Shown piece after piece: positions 44,236 to 56,787 of a DNA stretch of 64,000 nucleotides (position 1 is its first letter; each line of letters opens with the position of its first letter). Below the pieces are notes generated by a model that worked only from the letters and a program-made list of their open reading frames with translations, was not told where the DNA came from and did not search any database. Both the position numbers and the translations under genes were made by a program. Source of the stretch: Eledone cirrhosa (Eukaryota); the NCBI GenBank assembly GCA_964016885.1, contig OZ024741.1, positions 81,964,001 through 82,028,000 of the forward strand, given 5' to 3'.

Positions 44236-44813
44236 TATATATCATAAATCATGTCTTTAGAATCAGCAGATAAAATATATACTATTTCTTCTTCTAATTA
44301 GCATAAGTAACCATATAAAAAATCAATTAGATCAAGCTATAAGAAGAAAGGCTCTTATGGAGAAATCTCCGACAAATAATCGAACGTAGCCTCTTCGCGG
44401 TGGCCCCAATCGAGTATTTATCCAACATTTTGACAGCATGTAGAAACTGACTAAATATATCATCAACCATACACAATCAGGTGTAAAATTAAACTTAGAA
44501 GAAATGCGTACATACCGTAATTATATCTCTACCATGGTTTCATCCTTATTTTTAGACATCCAAATAATAGGAATGTCCTGAGTTAGAATTCATCAGGAGA
44601 CAAACTCAAAATCAGACATCTAGTTTTTCAATCCGATCCCGCCAAAAATAGATCCAAAAATGGCTAAGAATCGCTATGTGGCTGTGGTCAAGCCAAAAAG
44701 AATGTGATTGTTTGCTTACGGCGCGTAGGCTTGCTGCTAGAAAGCGCAGCCAAATATCGCCAAATTTAATCTTAACCTATCGGGAGATTATTAAATATAT
44801 ATATATATATATC

Positions 44814-46243
44814 ATAAAATAACAGGAGGCTGGACTCGTGTAAATCGTTGAAAGGTTTATTATACTATGATCATTTCAATGACTGGGTTCCGTATGAATC
44901 CGGTGATATCATCAGGTATTCGAAATATAATAAATGAATGTAACAAATAAAATCCATCGGGCTGAAAATCATAGACCCGAGGACGACCGACCATCTAGCA
45001 TCTTCCACTTCAGCCGGCTGCCCTCAATTGCTGGCTATTCGGTCTACTGAAGGCTATCTGGTGAGGGGGCGAAAGCTTATAATGTGCTGCTAACCTCGCG
45101 GTCAAAGAGAGAAAAAAACAGAAAGAAAGGAGAAAATTCAGCGTTAATGTCATGCTGCAATCAGTCTAGGAATTGCCGCGAAAAATGTTATTCTAAAGAA
45201 CCTATATCTTTACAGAGGTATATATTATAACAGAAGTATATATAGTGGGCGTCTGCATGGTATAATGTATGAACAGAAAATTGGAACGTTAAATTTTTGT
45301 TTAGATATTTAGGATGAAATTTAAAAAAATTAAATTAAAGATTAAAATTATAAAATTAAAAAAAAATAGAAAATTAAACAGTTTTAAAAAAATTAAGGTT
45401 TGGGTTGCGAAATTTAGTTAAAGAATTTGCAGCGAGAGTCTTTTCTGAAAAAAATTTAAGTGTATTATAGAGATCCTCGATAAGTTTTCAGAGTGGGATA
45501 TAGAGTAAAGATTAAGTCCTTTTTAGCAGTCAAACAGCACGCGACGAATACAGACTCCGGCCAGCCCATCCTAACCACGTGGCAGCCATTCCGAGTGAAA
45601 TCGTCTTGCGAAAGATATGGAAATCAATTTTTCCGAGCACTAGGCTTCGGGTGTGCTAGTGGGATGTCAGCCATTGTCGTTAGGCCATCGTTACACCAAA
45701 CGAGTACTATTAATTAACACAGGAGGGGGATTTGTTTAAGTGCCAGTAGAGGGAGGAATGATACAGCTAATAGTTATGATTAAGCCTAGAATTTAAAGGT
45801 ACTATATGGCGGTCAAAAACGGTGGCAGCGCGGGCCCCGGGGCGAAGCAATCCGCTCCGAGTAATTTCATTTACCGAAAGAAGGGGAAATTTATTTTTCC
45901 AAGCACTCAAGGGAGGCTTATGCACCAGAGCGTCGGGCGCGCAGCCAGGAAAACCACCACACCAGTCGGATCATCGCGTGTAATCAATTATAAAACCCGA
46001 TGAAAAGCGCAAATAGACTATATCTAGGTCCCCAGATAGTCCGGGTTATAAGTATTGTGGTTCTCAGGGGGAGATATTCTAGTGTCGTGTGCTAATGAGT
46101 ACAATGATAAGTACTTAATGAGAGTAAAGCGAGTGAAAACCTAAGTAAAAGGAACAGTAAGCAAAGAACAAAAAAATACATAGATAAATAGAAGCAGAAT
46201 ACGAAGATAAAACAGATTAATAAAGTAAAAAGGTAGACATATA

Positions 46244-46286
<43 letters not shown>

Positions 46287-47237
46287 AACGCGGTCAAAGC
46301 TAGGATGGTGGTGGAGTAAAACGGAAGTATATAAGAACATATCGGAGAAATCAAATAGAAATACAATATAGATCAAGTTGCAGTTAGATAATGCATATAG
46401 ATATAGAGGATGGAAGAGATGGAATCAGTGAGTGTTCGAGTCTCAGAATTCAGAGTGAATTACAAAGGCCCTGAAGTATAGGGTAGAGAATTCAGTCAAT
46501 ACAGTACAGTACAAAACAGGTATAATCCGTAGAATTTTGTCGAAGTTTGAATATTCCCGACAGGGAAGTAGCATTGGACCAGGTGGGCGGTAGACAACGC
46601 GCAGAGTAGCCAAAGTCCGAATGGTGGGTAGATCAAGTCAGTCCCATGCCGCTGTTCATTATTACATCTGGAAGTGCTCAACATTTCAGGAGCATTATTT
46701 ATTTAGGTTTGAAGGTTTACCACTGGATAGAGTTGGTCATTCCGTATGGTCAATCTTGATGTAATAATATGGAGTGTACTCAACGTAAAGCAGCTCAACC
46801 GTCTTCGTTTGTGTAGTTGGTGGTGCGAGTACGGGGTTAATTATTATAATAAAATAACAGGAAACTGGACTTGTGTAAATCCTTGAAAGGTTTATTATAC
46901 TATGATCATTTCAATGACCGGGTTCCGTATGAATCCAGTGATATCATCAGGTATTCGAAATATAATAAATGATTGTAACAGATAAAATCCACGGGGCTGA
47001 AAATCATAGACCCGAGGACGACCGACCATCTAGCATCTTCCACTTTAGCGGGTCACCCTCAAGTGCTGGCTATTCGGACTACTTAAGGCTGATTTCGTCA
47101 CCCAGGTAACGGAAAGTGTCTACTATTTCTATAGAACCATCTGAGCAATAGAAGGGGCTCTCTTTGACCGGGAGATTAGTAGCACATTATAAGCTTTCAC
47201 CCCCTCACCAGATACCCTTAAGTAGGATAAAAAGCCA

Positions 47238-47240
<3 letters not shown>
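44814..47240 (-). mobile_element. Non-autonomous PLE/retrozyme-like element: two HHR-bearing direct repeats 2035 bp apart plus a terminal inversion
   Basis: Repeats about 44814-45056 and 46849-47091; HHR atac CTGATGA t..t GAAA tgatca TA gtat at 44862-44919 and 46897-46954; 47158-47240 inverts 45030-45110. Confidence 0.75.
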
Positions 47241-47296
<56 letters not shown>

Positions 47297-47378
47297 GAGG
47301 TGAGTTTTATTGTAGCACAATAAAGCAATCCAAATATCGGATAAGTACCACTCAACAGTTTATAGGACTGGAGTATAA

Positions 47379-48150
47379 ATAATATAAAATCAAAAGATGG
47401 TTAAAAGAGTTCCATGTATTTTATTATGCGAATTTCAAAATACAAATATCATCATGGGATGATAATTTGCGTTCTCATCAGATAAAATAGGGAGACATGA
47501 TAAAATAGGGAGACATGAGACATGATATGAAGCTTAAAAAACACTTGCGAAGTGTTAAATCAACATATGAAAAATAAAATAACATGGATATATGAGATTG
47601 GAAAAAGGAAAGGAAGGGGGGGGGGATAAGGAAGAGGAAAACAGAACATAGATAGAAAAAAAAAAAAATAATATGAAAAGGATGACGGAGGAGGAGTATA
47701 GAAGGAAACCATTCATAAACCTCATTAACTTTTAATTTACAACGTTTTTTTTTTATTTTTCTCTGTGAGACAGTGTTTCTCAGTATTAAAGGTTATCTCT
47801 TTCTGACTCATTTTCTCCTTCGCTCTCTTCCTTCCTTCTTATACTCCTCCTCCGTCATCATTTACTTATTATTATTTTTTTTTCTTCTATCTATATTCTT
47901 TCTTCCTCCTCCTTACCTTTTCCTTCCCTCCTTCCTTTCCTTTTTTCCAATCTCATATATCCATCTTATTTTATTTTTCATGTGTTGATTTAACACTTCA
48001 CTGCTCGCAAGTGTTTTTTAAGCTTCATATCATGTCTCCCTCTTTTATCTGATGAGAACGCAAATATCATCCCATGATGATATTTGTTTTTGAAATGCGC
48101 ATAATAAAATACATGGATTTCCTTTTAACCATCTTTTCATTTTATATTAT
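47379..48150. mobile_element. PLE pLTR-like fold-back (about 325-bp arms) with a canonical minimal HHR in each arm
   Basis: ttttat CTGATGA gaacgcaaatatcatc ccat gatgatatttgttttt GAAA tgcgca TA ataaaa at 48043-48109; minus copy 47419-47487. Confidence 0.85.
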
Positions 48151-48424
48151 ATATATTAAATTGTTAATATATATTTATATATATATATATATACATTTAT
48201 TTATTTTTTGTGCAATTGCTTACCACGTGTGTTTGTTTATTTTTATTGATTTTTTTCCTTTCTCGTATCGTTGTATACGTGCTATTTTTTCATTTATTAT
48301 TTTTAAATTTGACTTTAATTATTTTTTTACTTTTATTTATTTATTTATTATTATGACTTCATGTATTTGTCTATGCCTGTTGATGTGACAGCTTATTTTT
48401 CATGTGTGTATATATATACACACA

Positions 48425-48512
<88 letters not shown>

Positions 48513-49127
48513 ATAAAAAACAACAATACAATATAATTACCTCATTAACAGAGGTTTCCCGAATAAGGCGAATACGAAAGAAACGTCTTCATTCGTTCGT
48601 CGGACGAGGCAATACAAAACATAGCTAAATATTTGGAAAGTCTCCTCAAGAAATGCAAAAAAAATTATGTAAATATAGGTGAAGGTAATACAATAGACAT
48701 ATAAAACATATAAAAATGTTTTTAAGAAATATAGTTAGGTGTGTGTATATGTATGTACATACACTCACTGATGTACATATGTATGTATGTACAAATGTGT
48801 GTGTATAGTGAAACTGTGTGCGTAAATATATATATGAGGGTAAGTATCTACAGACAGAGACATGAATGTCCAGTTGACAGATACACAGAAAAAAGGGTAT
48901 TAGATACATTATAAGAATATGAAGGCACGCGTATAAACACACACACGCGCGCGTACACTTATATGCGGAAGAAAAAGAGGTAAGGGAGTGTAATAGTAAA
49001 AAGAAAGTATCATTCTCGATATATTTATAAAAATGGAACAATCATTTAGAAAGAAAATTGCAAAGTAAAGAAAACAAACAAGGTACACGCGTACATACAC
49101 ACATATCTATAAGAAACGTATATCTAT

Positions 49128-49182
<55 letters not shown>

Positions 49183-49799
49183 GCAAAACGTGCAGACAAA
49201 AGCGTATGTAAGTATACATACGCACACAGGATGCACACATATACATACACATCGCCCCATGCATATCTAATCACGCGTACGTACGCGACTGTATACTCAC
49301 ACACATACACACACATTAATATATACATACATATATACATACGCGCACTTACACATCCATACATTCAGTACGTACACACACACATACACACATACATACA
49401 CTCACGCACGTTGACCCGCTTACATGCGCACACATAAAAATAAGAATGTAAACAAATAGATGTAAAAACACAGATATAAAAACACACACACATACACATA
49501 TATATACACACGTACGCGCGCGCACATACGGAGGCGTTCGTGTACATATACAGAAAGTATACACACATAAAGACGCTCAGACACATAGATATAGGGTGTA
49601 ACAACGGCCTTGTGAATAAGTGAGTATAAATATAAAAAAATATAAGAATGGCTGCGAAATAACAGAAAATATCTGAGGTGGAAAACGCAAGTGACTTCCG
49701 TAATCAGGTAGTGAAGAAAATAGGGAAGTAAAAAGTGGAAAGTGAAGATATTATATAAGTGAATCAGAGAATACAGGGGGGGGTTGTGGTGGATGTGAA

Positions 49800-50195
49800 G
49801 TAAAAATAAGAATAAAAATAAAAATAAAAATAAAAATAAAAATAAAAATAAAAATAAAAATAAAAATAAAAATAAAAATAAAAATAAAAATAAAAATAAA
49901 AATAAAAATAAAAATAAAAATAAAAATAAAAATAAAAATAAAAATAAAAAAAAAATAAAAAAAAAAATAAAAATAAAAATAAAAATAAAAATAAAAATAA
50001 AAATAATAAAAATAAAAATAAAAATAAAAATAAAAAAAATAAAAAAAAAATAAAAATAAAATTAAAAATAAAAATAAAAATAAAAATAAAAATAAAAATA
50101 AAAATAAAAATAAAAATAAAAATAAAAATAAAAATAAAAATAAAAATAAAAATAAAAATAAAAATAAAAATAAAAATAAAAATAAAAATAAAAAA

Positions 50196-50226
<31 letters not shown>

Positions 50227-50382
50227 TAAAAATTAAAATTAAAATTAAAATTAAAATTAAAATAAAAATAAAAAATAAAAATAAAAAAAATAAAAATAAA
50301 AATAAAAATAAAAATAAAAATAAAAATAAATATAAAAATAAAAATAAAAATAAAAATAAAAATAAAAATAAAAATAATTAAA

Positions 50383-50413
<31 letters not shown>

Positions 50414-50637
50414 TAAAAATAAAAATAAAAATAAAAATAAAAATAAAAATAAAAATAAAAATAAAAATAAAAATAAAAATAAAAATAAAAATAAAAATAA
50501 AATTAAAAATAAAAATAAAAATAAAAATAAAAATAAAAATAAAAATAAAAATAAAAATAAAAATAAAAATAAAAATAAAAATAAAAATAAAAATAAAAAT
50601 AAAAATAAAAATAAAAATAAAAATAAAAATAAAAATG
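49800..50637 (+). repeat. (AAAAAT)n tract inside pLTR; mirrored by (TTTTTA)n at about 52455-52922
   Basis: Direct reading; about 840 vs about 470 bp. Confidence 0.97.
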
Positions 50638-50704
50638 AAATTAATAATAAGGTTAAAAATGAAAGTAAATCAGAAAAGGTAGTCTTAAAGAGAATAATAA
50701 GAGC

Positions 50705-52013
50705 TTATGGAGGATAAGTATCTGAAAGTGTGTTAAGTTTATATGAGCTGGAAAGCAGGTGTGATTTCATGTGTGGGCAACTGGTGAAAATTTCTGTCTT
50801 TGTGTTTAGGCAGGTCTTAGGTGATTTAAGGTTTTGCAAAATCCAATATTTTTCATTTATACAGAGCGTGCATTTTCTTGTTCCTCTTGCATATTCTTTA
50901 GATTGGTTCAAAATTGACCAATCCAATTTATATTGGATACCTTGGTCTTTCAAATCCCATATTCTGCTAGCCAGAGCTGTTGTAAATGCGACATGTGATT
51001 AATAACGCGTTTTGAATTTGTCTTGCGTCATACCGACATATCGTTCACTGGTGGATGGTTGGTTGTTGCTGATGATTGTCACTTTAGCCTCATATACAAT
51101 GGCTTTGGTGTTGGATTAACCTTGTAATGTGCATTCACTTTTGACTCTACAGGAGCAATTTTGATGTTCTCTAGGTGATTTTTTGTTGATTATATAAGAT
51201 TTAATAGGGGGAGCTAATTTTGACACATGTGTTCTGGGGAAATGTTTATCTAAGATCTCTAGGAATGTTTTGCCTACATTAGTTTTAACTGCTAGAGAGT
51301 AGGGGTGTGTGTACCAGATTATTTTTCTTTTCCTGTTTTTATGTTTAATAGAGTTAGTATAGTTGGGTATGTATTTAATCGATTCGCTAAAACCGCTATT
51401 TTGGAGGGCTTTATCATAGTAGGTGGATGGCTTTTTGAAAATAGCTTCTGAGGAAGAGAGGGTGGAGATCCTACGGCTAATATTAGGGATAAGGTTTTTA
51501 AAAACTATAGGAGGATAGCGAGAGCCTATATTTATATATTTTAAGTTTTCATTAGGTTTATGGTATGGTTTATAAGAAGCAGTAGGCAAATCTAGGTTTA
51601 TATCTAGGAAATTTACATTGGAAAGATTAGTGTCAATAGTAATTTTAAGATTAAAACTAGCAAAGGTTTTTATTAAGTCTTTCCTTAATCTATCTAAGTT
51701 ATGGTGGTATGGGAAAGTATTAGACCATCGTCGCGATAAAGCTAAAAAATATGGTTAGGGAATTTTTCTTTAAGTGTGTGTAGGAGGAATAGGCCGACTA
51801 AATCACAAACATCAGCACTATCATAAGAGCCCATTGAGACATCGAATGGGCTCTCTGGGTTAGATATTTTTACCTAAGTGTCATTATCGGTAAAGAGTAG
51901 AGTGTTTCTAGCGTGCAAGATGACATTCTCTTCAATATCAGAGATATTGGTAAACTTTCTAGCGAAATTTAAAGCTTTCGCTAAAAGAGTCTGAGTGATA
52001 GATGGGTAGAAAG
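50705..52013 (-). pseudogene. Neptune-type PLE reverse transcriptase + GIY-YIG endonuclease, frameshifted
   Basis: FYPSI, FDVSMGSYDSADVCDLVGLFLL, LYRDDGL, VNFLDINLDL, KRKIIWYTHPYS, AIVYEAKV..RYVGMT..FKTRY, CTLCINEK, CPH. Confidence 0.93.
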
Positions 52014-53546
52014 CCACCAGTGAACGATATGTTGGTATGACGCAAGACAAATTCAAAACGCGTTATTACTCACATGTCGCATCCTTTCGACATCCAGAAA
52101 AAAGATTTACAACAGCTCTGGCTAGCAGAATATGGGATTTGAAAGAGCAAGGTATCCAATATAAATTGGATTGGTCAATTTTGAACCAATCTAAAGAATA
52201 TGCAAGAGGAACAAGATAATGCACGCTCTGTATAAATGAAAAATATTGGATTTTGCAAAACCTTAAATCACCAAAGACCTGCCTAAACACAAAGACAGAA
52301 ATTTTCACCAGTTGCCCACACATGAAATCACAACTGCTTTCCAGCTCATATAAACTTAACACACTTTCAGATACTTATCCTCCATAAGCTCTTATTATTC
52401 TCTTTAAGACTACCTTTTCTGATTTACTTTCATTTTTAACCTTATTATTAATTTCATTTTTATTTTTATTTTTATTTTTATTTTTTTTAATTTCTATTTT
52501 TATTTTTATTTTTATTTTTATTTTTATTTTTATTTTTATTTTTATTTTTATTTTTATTTTTATTTTTATTTTTATTTTTATTTTTATTTTTATTTTTATT
52601 TTTATTTTTATTTTTATTTTTATTTTTATTTTTATTTTTATTTTTATTTTTATTTTTATTTTTATTTTTATTTTTATTTTTATTTTTATTTTTATTTTTT
52701 ATTTTTATTTTTATTTTTATTTTTATTTTTATTTTTATTTTTATTTTTATTTTTATTTTTATTTTTATTTTTATTTTTATTTTTATTTTTATTTTTATTT
52801 TTATTTTTATTTTTATTTTTATTTTTATTTTTATTTTTATTTTTATTTTTATTTTTATTTTTATTTTTATTTTTATTTTTATTTTTATTTTTATTTTTAT
52901 TTTTATTTTTATTTTTATTTTTACTTCACATCCACCACTAACCCCGCCCCTTTATTCTCTGATTCACTTACCTAATATCTTCACTTTCCACTTTTTACTT
53001 CTCCATTTTCTTCACGACCTCATTACGGAAGTCACTTGCGTTTTCCACTCTAGATATTTTCTGTTATTTCGCAGCCATTCTTATATTTTTTTATATTTGT
53101 ACTCACTTATTCACAAGGCCGTTTTTACACCCTATATCTATGTGTCTGAGCGTCTTTATGTGTGTATACTTTCTGTATATGTACACGTACGCCTCCGTAT
53201 GTGCGCGCGCGTGCGTGTGTATATATATATGTGCATGTGTGTGTTTTTTATATCTGTGTTTTTACATCTATTTTTTTACATTCTTATTTTTATGTGTGCG
53301 CATGTAAGCGGGTCAACGTGCGTGAGTGTATGTATGTGTGTGTGTGTGTACGTACTGAATGTATGGATGAGTAAGTGTGCGTATGTATATATGTATGTAT
53401 ATATTAATGTGTGTGTATGTGTGTGTGAGTATACAGTCGCGTACGTACGCGTGATTAGATATACATGGGGCGAGGTGTATGTATGTATATGTGTGCATCC
53501 TGTGTGTGTATGTATACTTACATACGCTTTTGTCTGCACGTTTTGC

Positions 53547-53587
<41 letters not shown>

Positions 53588-54119
53588 ATAGATATGCGTT
53601 TCTTGTAGATATATGTGTGTATGTACGCGTGTACCTTGTTTGTTTTCTTTACTTTGCAATTTTCTTTCTAAATGATTGTTCCATTTTTATAAATATATCG
53701 AGAATGATACTTTCTTTTTACTATTACACTCCCTTATCTCTTTTTCTTCCGCATATAAGTGTAAGCGTGCGTGTGTGTGTTTATACGCGTACCTTCATAT
53801 TCTTATAATGTATCTAATACCCTGTTTTTCTGTGTATCTGTCAATTGGACATTCATGTCTGTGTCTGTAGATACTTACCCTCATATATATATTTACGCAA
53901 ACATTTTCACTATACACACACATTTGTACATACATACATATGTACATCAGTGAGTGTATATACATACATATACACACACCTAACTATATTTCTTAAACAA
54001 ATTTTTATGTTTTATATGTCTATTGTATTACCTTCACCTATATTTACATAATTTTTTTTGCATTTCTTGAGGATAATTTTTGCATTTCTTGAGGAGACAA
54101 ATATTTAGCTATGTTTTAT

Positions 54120-54197
54120 ATTGCCTCGTCCGACGAACGAATGAAGACTTTTCTTTCGTATTCGCCTTATTCGGGAAACCTCTGGTAATGAGGTAAT
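54120..54197 (+). ncRNA. Hammerhead of the Neptune pLTR with U4-to-C core (CCGACGA)
   Basis: attgcctcgt CCGACGA a cgaatgaag...cttattcg g GAAA cctctgg TA atgaggtaat; mirrored at 48536-48613. Confidence 0.7.
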
Positions 54198-54300
54198 TAT
54201 ATTGCATTGTTGTTTTTTATACATACAATTTTGCTCTGGTACTTACATAGAGCACTCTTCACTCCTATGACTTTTTCTGTTTTCAACGAAAACTTCAATA

Positions 54301-54366
<66 letters not shown>

Positions 54367-54566
54367 TGTGTGTGTGTATGTGTATTTATGTGTGTGTATA
54401 TGTATATTTATATATATATATGTATAATTGTGGGTGTGTGTGTGTGTGTGTGTGTGTGTTTATATACCTATTATTTATAATCTTTTTTTTCTTCTTCACT
54501 CAGCCTCACTTTCATATTTCTTATATTTTTGTTTTCAAATCCACTTTCAATAAAAATCCCATTTTT

Positions 54567-54626
54567 TTTCATTCTGACGACTGAAAGCTGATTTGTATAC
54601 TTTCAAGAAACCGCTGGTAAATGAAA
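54567..54626 (+). ncRNA. Type I hammerhead, same family as 40161-40221
   Basis: tttcatt CTGACGA ctgaaag...ctttcaa GAAA ccgctgg TA aatgaaa. Confidence 0.8.
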
Positions 54627-54661
54627 TAATTATCTTATGTTGTTTATTACATAACTATATA

Positions 54662-54752
<91 letters not shown>

Positions 54753-55334
54753 TCTATTATTTATGTCTATATATATATATCGATTTTTACTCGTGTATGT
54801 GAACCACAGGTTGCCAATGGCTTATCCTGAACATGTAACGTGGAAAATCTTTTAATTCATTTTAAAAATGTTATTATAAATTTAGAGGACGGTAGGAGAT
54901 GGGTTTGGAAGAAAGCGTAATTATATACATAAATATATTTACTGTTGAATTTAAATTTATTAACTCCCGAGTTTTTATTATGACTACATCTTAACGACCT
55001 TTACTAATTAAGTTTTAAAACAATTTATTTCGTAATTAATAACATTCCACGTATATAATTTGCTAAAAAATATACTAATCGAAAAAAATTGGAATAAAAT
55101 ATAAATCTGTAAAAAGAATAACGAAACAACGTAAAAACGGTTAATTATATTAAGACGTAAATATTATAAATACGTATATTAAATTTGCCTTAAACAATTA
55201 AAATGATTCATTAGTTTTAATATCTTTCTATTGGTGGGGAAAATACGATAAGTAAAACGAGAGAAAAGAGAAAATTTATGTGTCTAATTTTCAGATTCAA
55301 ACAATTATGTATATAAGTGAATGTGTGTGTGCAA

Positions 55335-55373
<39 letters not shown>

Positions 55374-55380
<7 letters not shown>

Positions 55381-55905
55381 CGTCGTTTAGAAAGCCACAA
55401 CAATGCAGAGGGAAATCTCGAGGTAGGAAGTGAATGATAGATAGGAAAACAGGAGAAAGTGAAAATTGAGAGAGACAAAGATGAAAACAAAACAAAGGTA
55501 GAAGGGTTACCATAGTGGAGATTTAATCCCAATATTTCGGGCTCACGCCCATCAACGGGGGAAAGTTCCAAAGGGGGGGAACAGGCCAAGCGGAGAAAGT
55601 TGTGATGTCGTTAAGACAGGAATGCCGTTTTAACGACATCACAACTTTCTCCGCTTGGCCTGTTCCCCCCTTTTGGAACTTTCCCCCGTTGATGGGCGTG
55701 AGCCCGAAATATTGGGATTAAATCTCCACTACGGTAACCCTTCTACCTTTGTTTTGTTTTCATCTTTGTCTCTCTCAATTTTCACTTTCTCCTGTTTTCC
55801 TATCTATCATTCACTTCCTACCTCGAGATTTCCCTCTGCATTGTTGTGGCTTTCTAAACGACGTATTTTACACATTTCACAATGCTTCAAGCAAACTTTA
55901 ACACC

Positions 55906-55908
<3 letters not shown>
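55374..55908. mobile_element. Young fold-back element (about 244-bp near-identical arms, about 9-nt loop, 38-nt tail) with HHR-like motif
   Basis: Arms 55374-55617 / 55627-55870; tccc CCGTTGA t gggc gtga gccc GAAA ta TT ggga at 55682-55717. Confidence 0.75.
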
Positions 55909-55985
<77 letters not shown>

Positions 55986-56124
55986 AGTATGTATTCGGGC
56001 TGCTCGTTTACAAACAAACCGAACATTATAATAAATGTTCGGTAAACCCATACGTACATATATATAAGATAGTGAGAAATAGAATTTCGTTTCATACTTT
56101 TCCATTTATATATATATATATAAT

Positions 56125-56702
56125 TCGTTTCTGAATTTGTTTAGCAGGATTCTTTATCTGAAAACGTGTGTTGAAACCGATATTGTTATACTTTGTGAGG
56201 GTCATGTTGCCAATAAGAAACACACGCACCAGTAGCTTTCACTCCAATTTATAGAAAACATGAATGGAATAGCAACATCACAACTTTCAATTAAGGACAA
56301 AATGAAAACACACACACATAGAACAAACAACCAACCAGTAACATGTAAATAAACAAATAAATAAACAAATAAAAACACACACACAGACACTCGGATGTAA
56401 CACATGCGCAAACTAAGCACACAACACACACAAAAACAAGATGGCGTAGGATAGAACAAAAGAGAGGCACAAAACAAAGAAAAGAATCCCCAGTCAGTGA
56501 AGAGGTCACAGAATGTGTGACGCAAGACCTTTGACAATATATGAACAACCGTTCGGTTGTGGAACCAAACAACCAACCGGAAATCATTTTTTTTTTTTTA
56601 AATTAAAAACAAAAATGTTTTTAATTTATAATAAATTGGAGTGAAAGCACTGGTGCGTGTGTTTCTTATTGGCAGCATGACCCTCCAAAAGTATAACAAT
56701 AT
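56125..56702. mobile_element. PLE pLTR-like fold-back element (family of 29187-29610), HHR core mutated
   Basis: Shared terminus tttctgaatttgtttagca.gattctttatct; gtca GTGAAGA g gtcac..gtgac GCAA gacc TT tgac at about 56493-56535. Confidence 0.7.
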
Positions 56703-56729
56703 ATATATATAAGATTGGTTACTCATGAA

Positions 56730-56785
<56 letters not shown>

Positions 56786-56787
<2 letters not shown>

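Larger units (their letters stand above)
48511..54303 (-). mobile_element. Neptune-clade Penelope-like element, 5'-truncated, with inverted pLTR
   Basis: Minus arm 52013 to 48511 (RT, GIY-YIG, long 3' region); inverted plus arm 52014-54222 plus about 80-nt tail; flanked by (TA)n. Confidence 0.92.

Noticed and set aside
47379-55908. Inverted repeats as amplification or long-read chimera artefacts
   Set aside because: Arms differ by substitutions, indels and microsatellite length, and one arm elsewhere in the window is split by a hAT insertion. The near-identical 310-bp array still needs read-level confirmation
55305-56134. Duplicated ORF MACSP.LELSPVDGREPEILG on both strands
   Set aside because: A consequence of the hairpin; non-ATG start, runs into (TA)n, no recognisable domain
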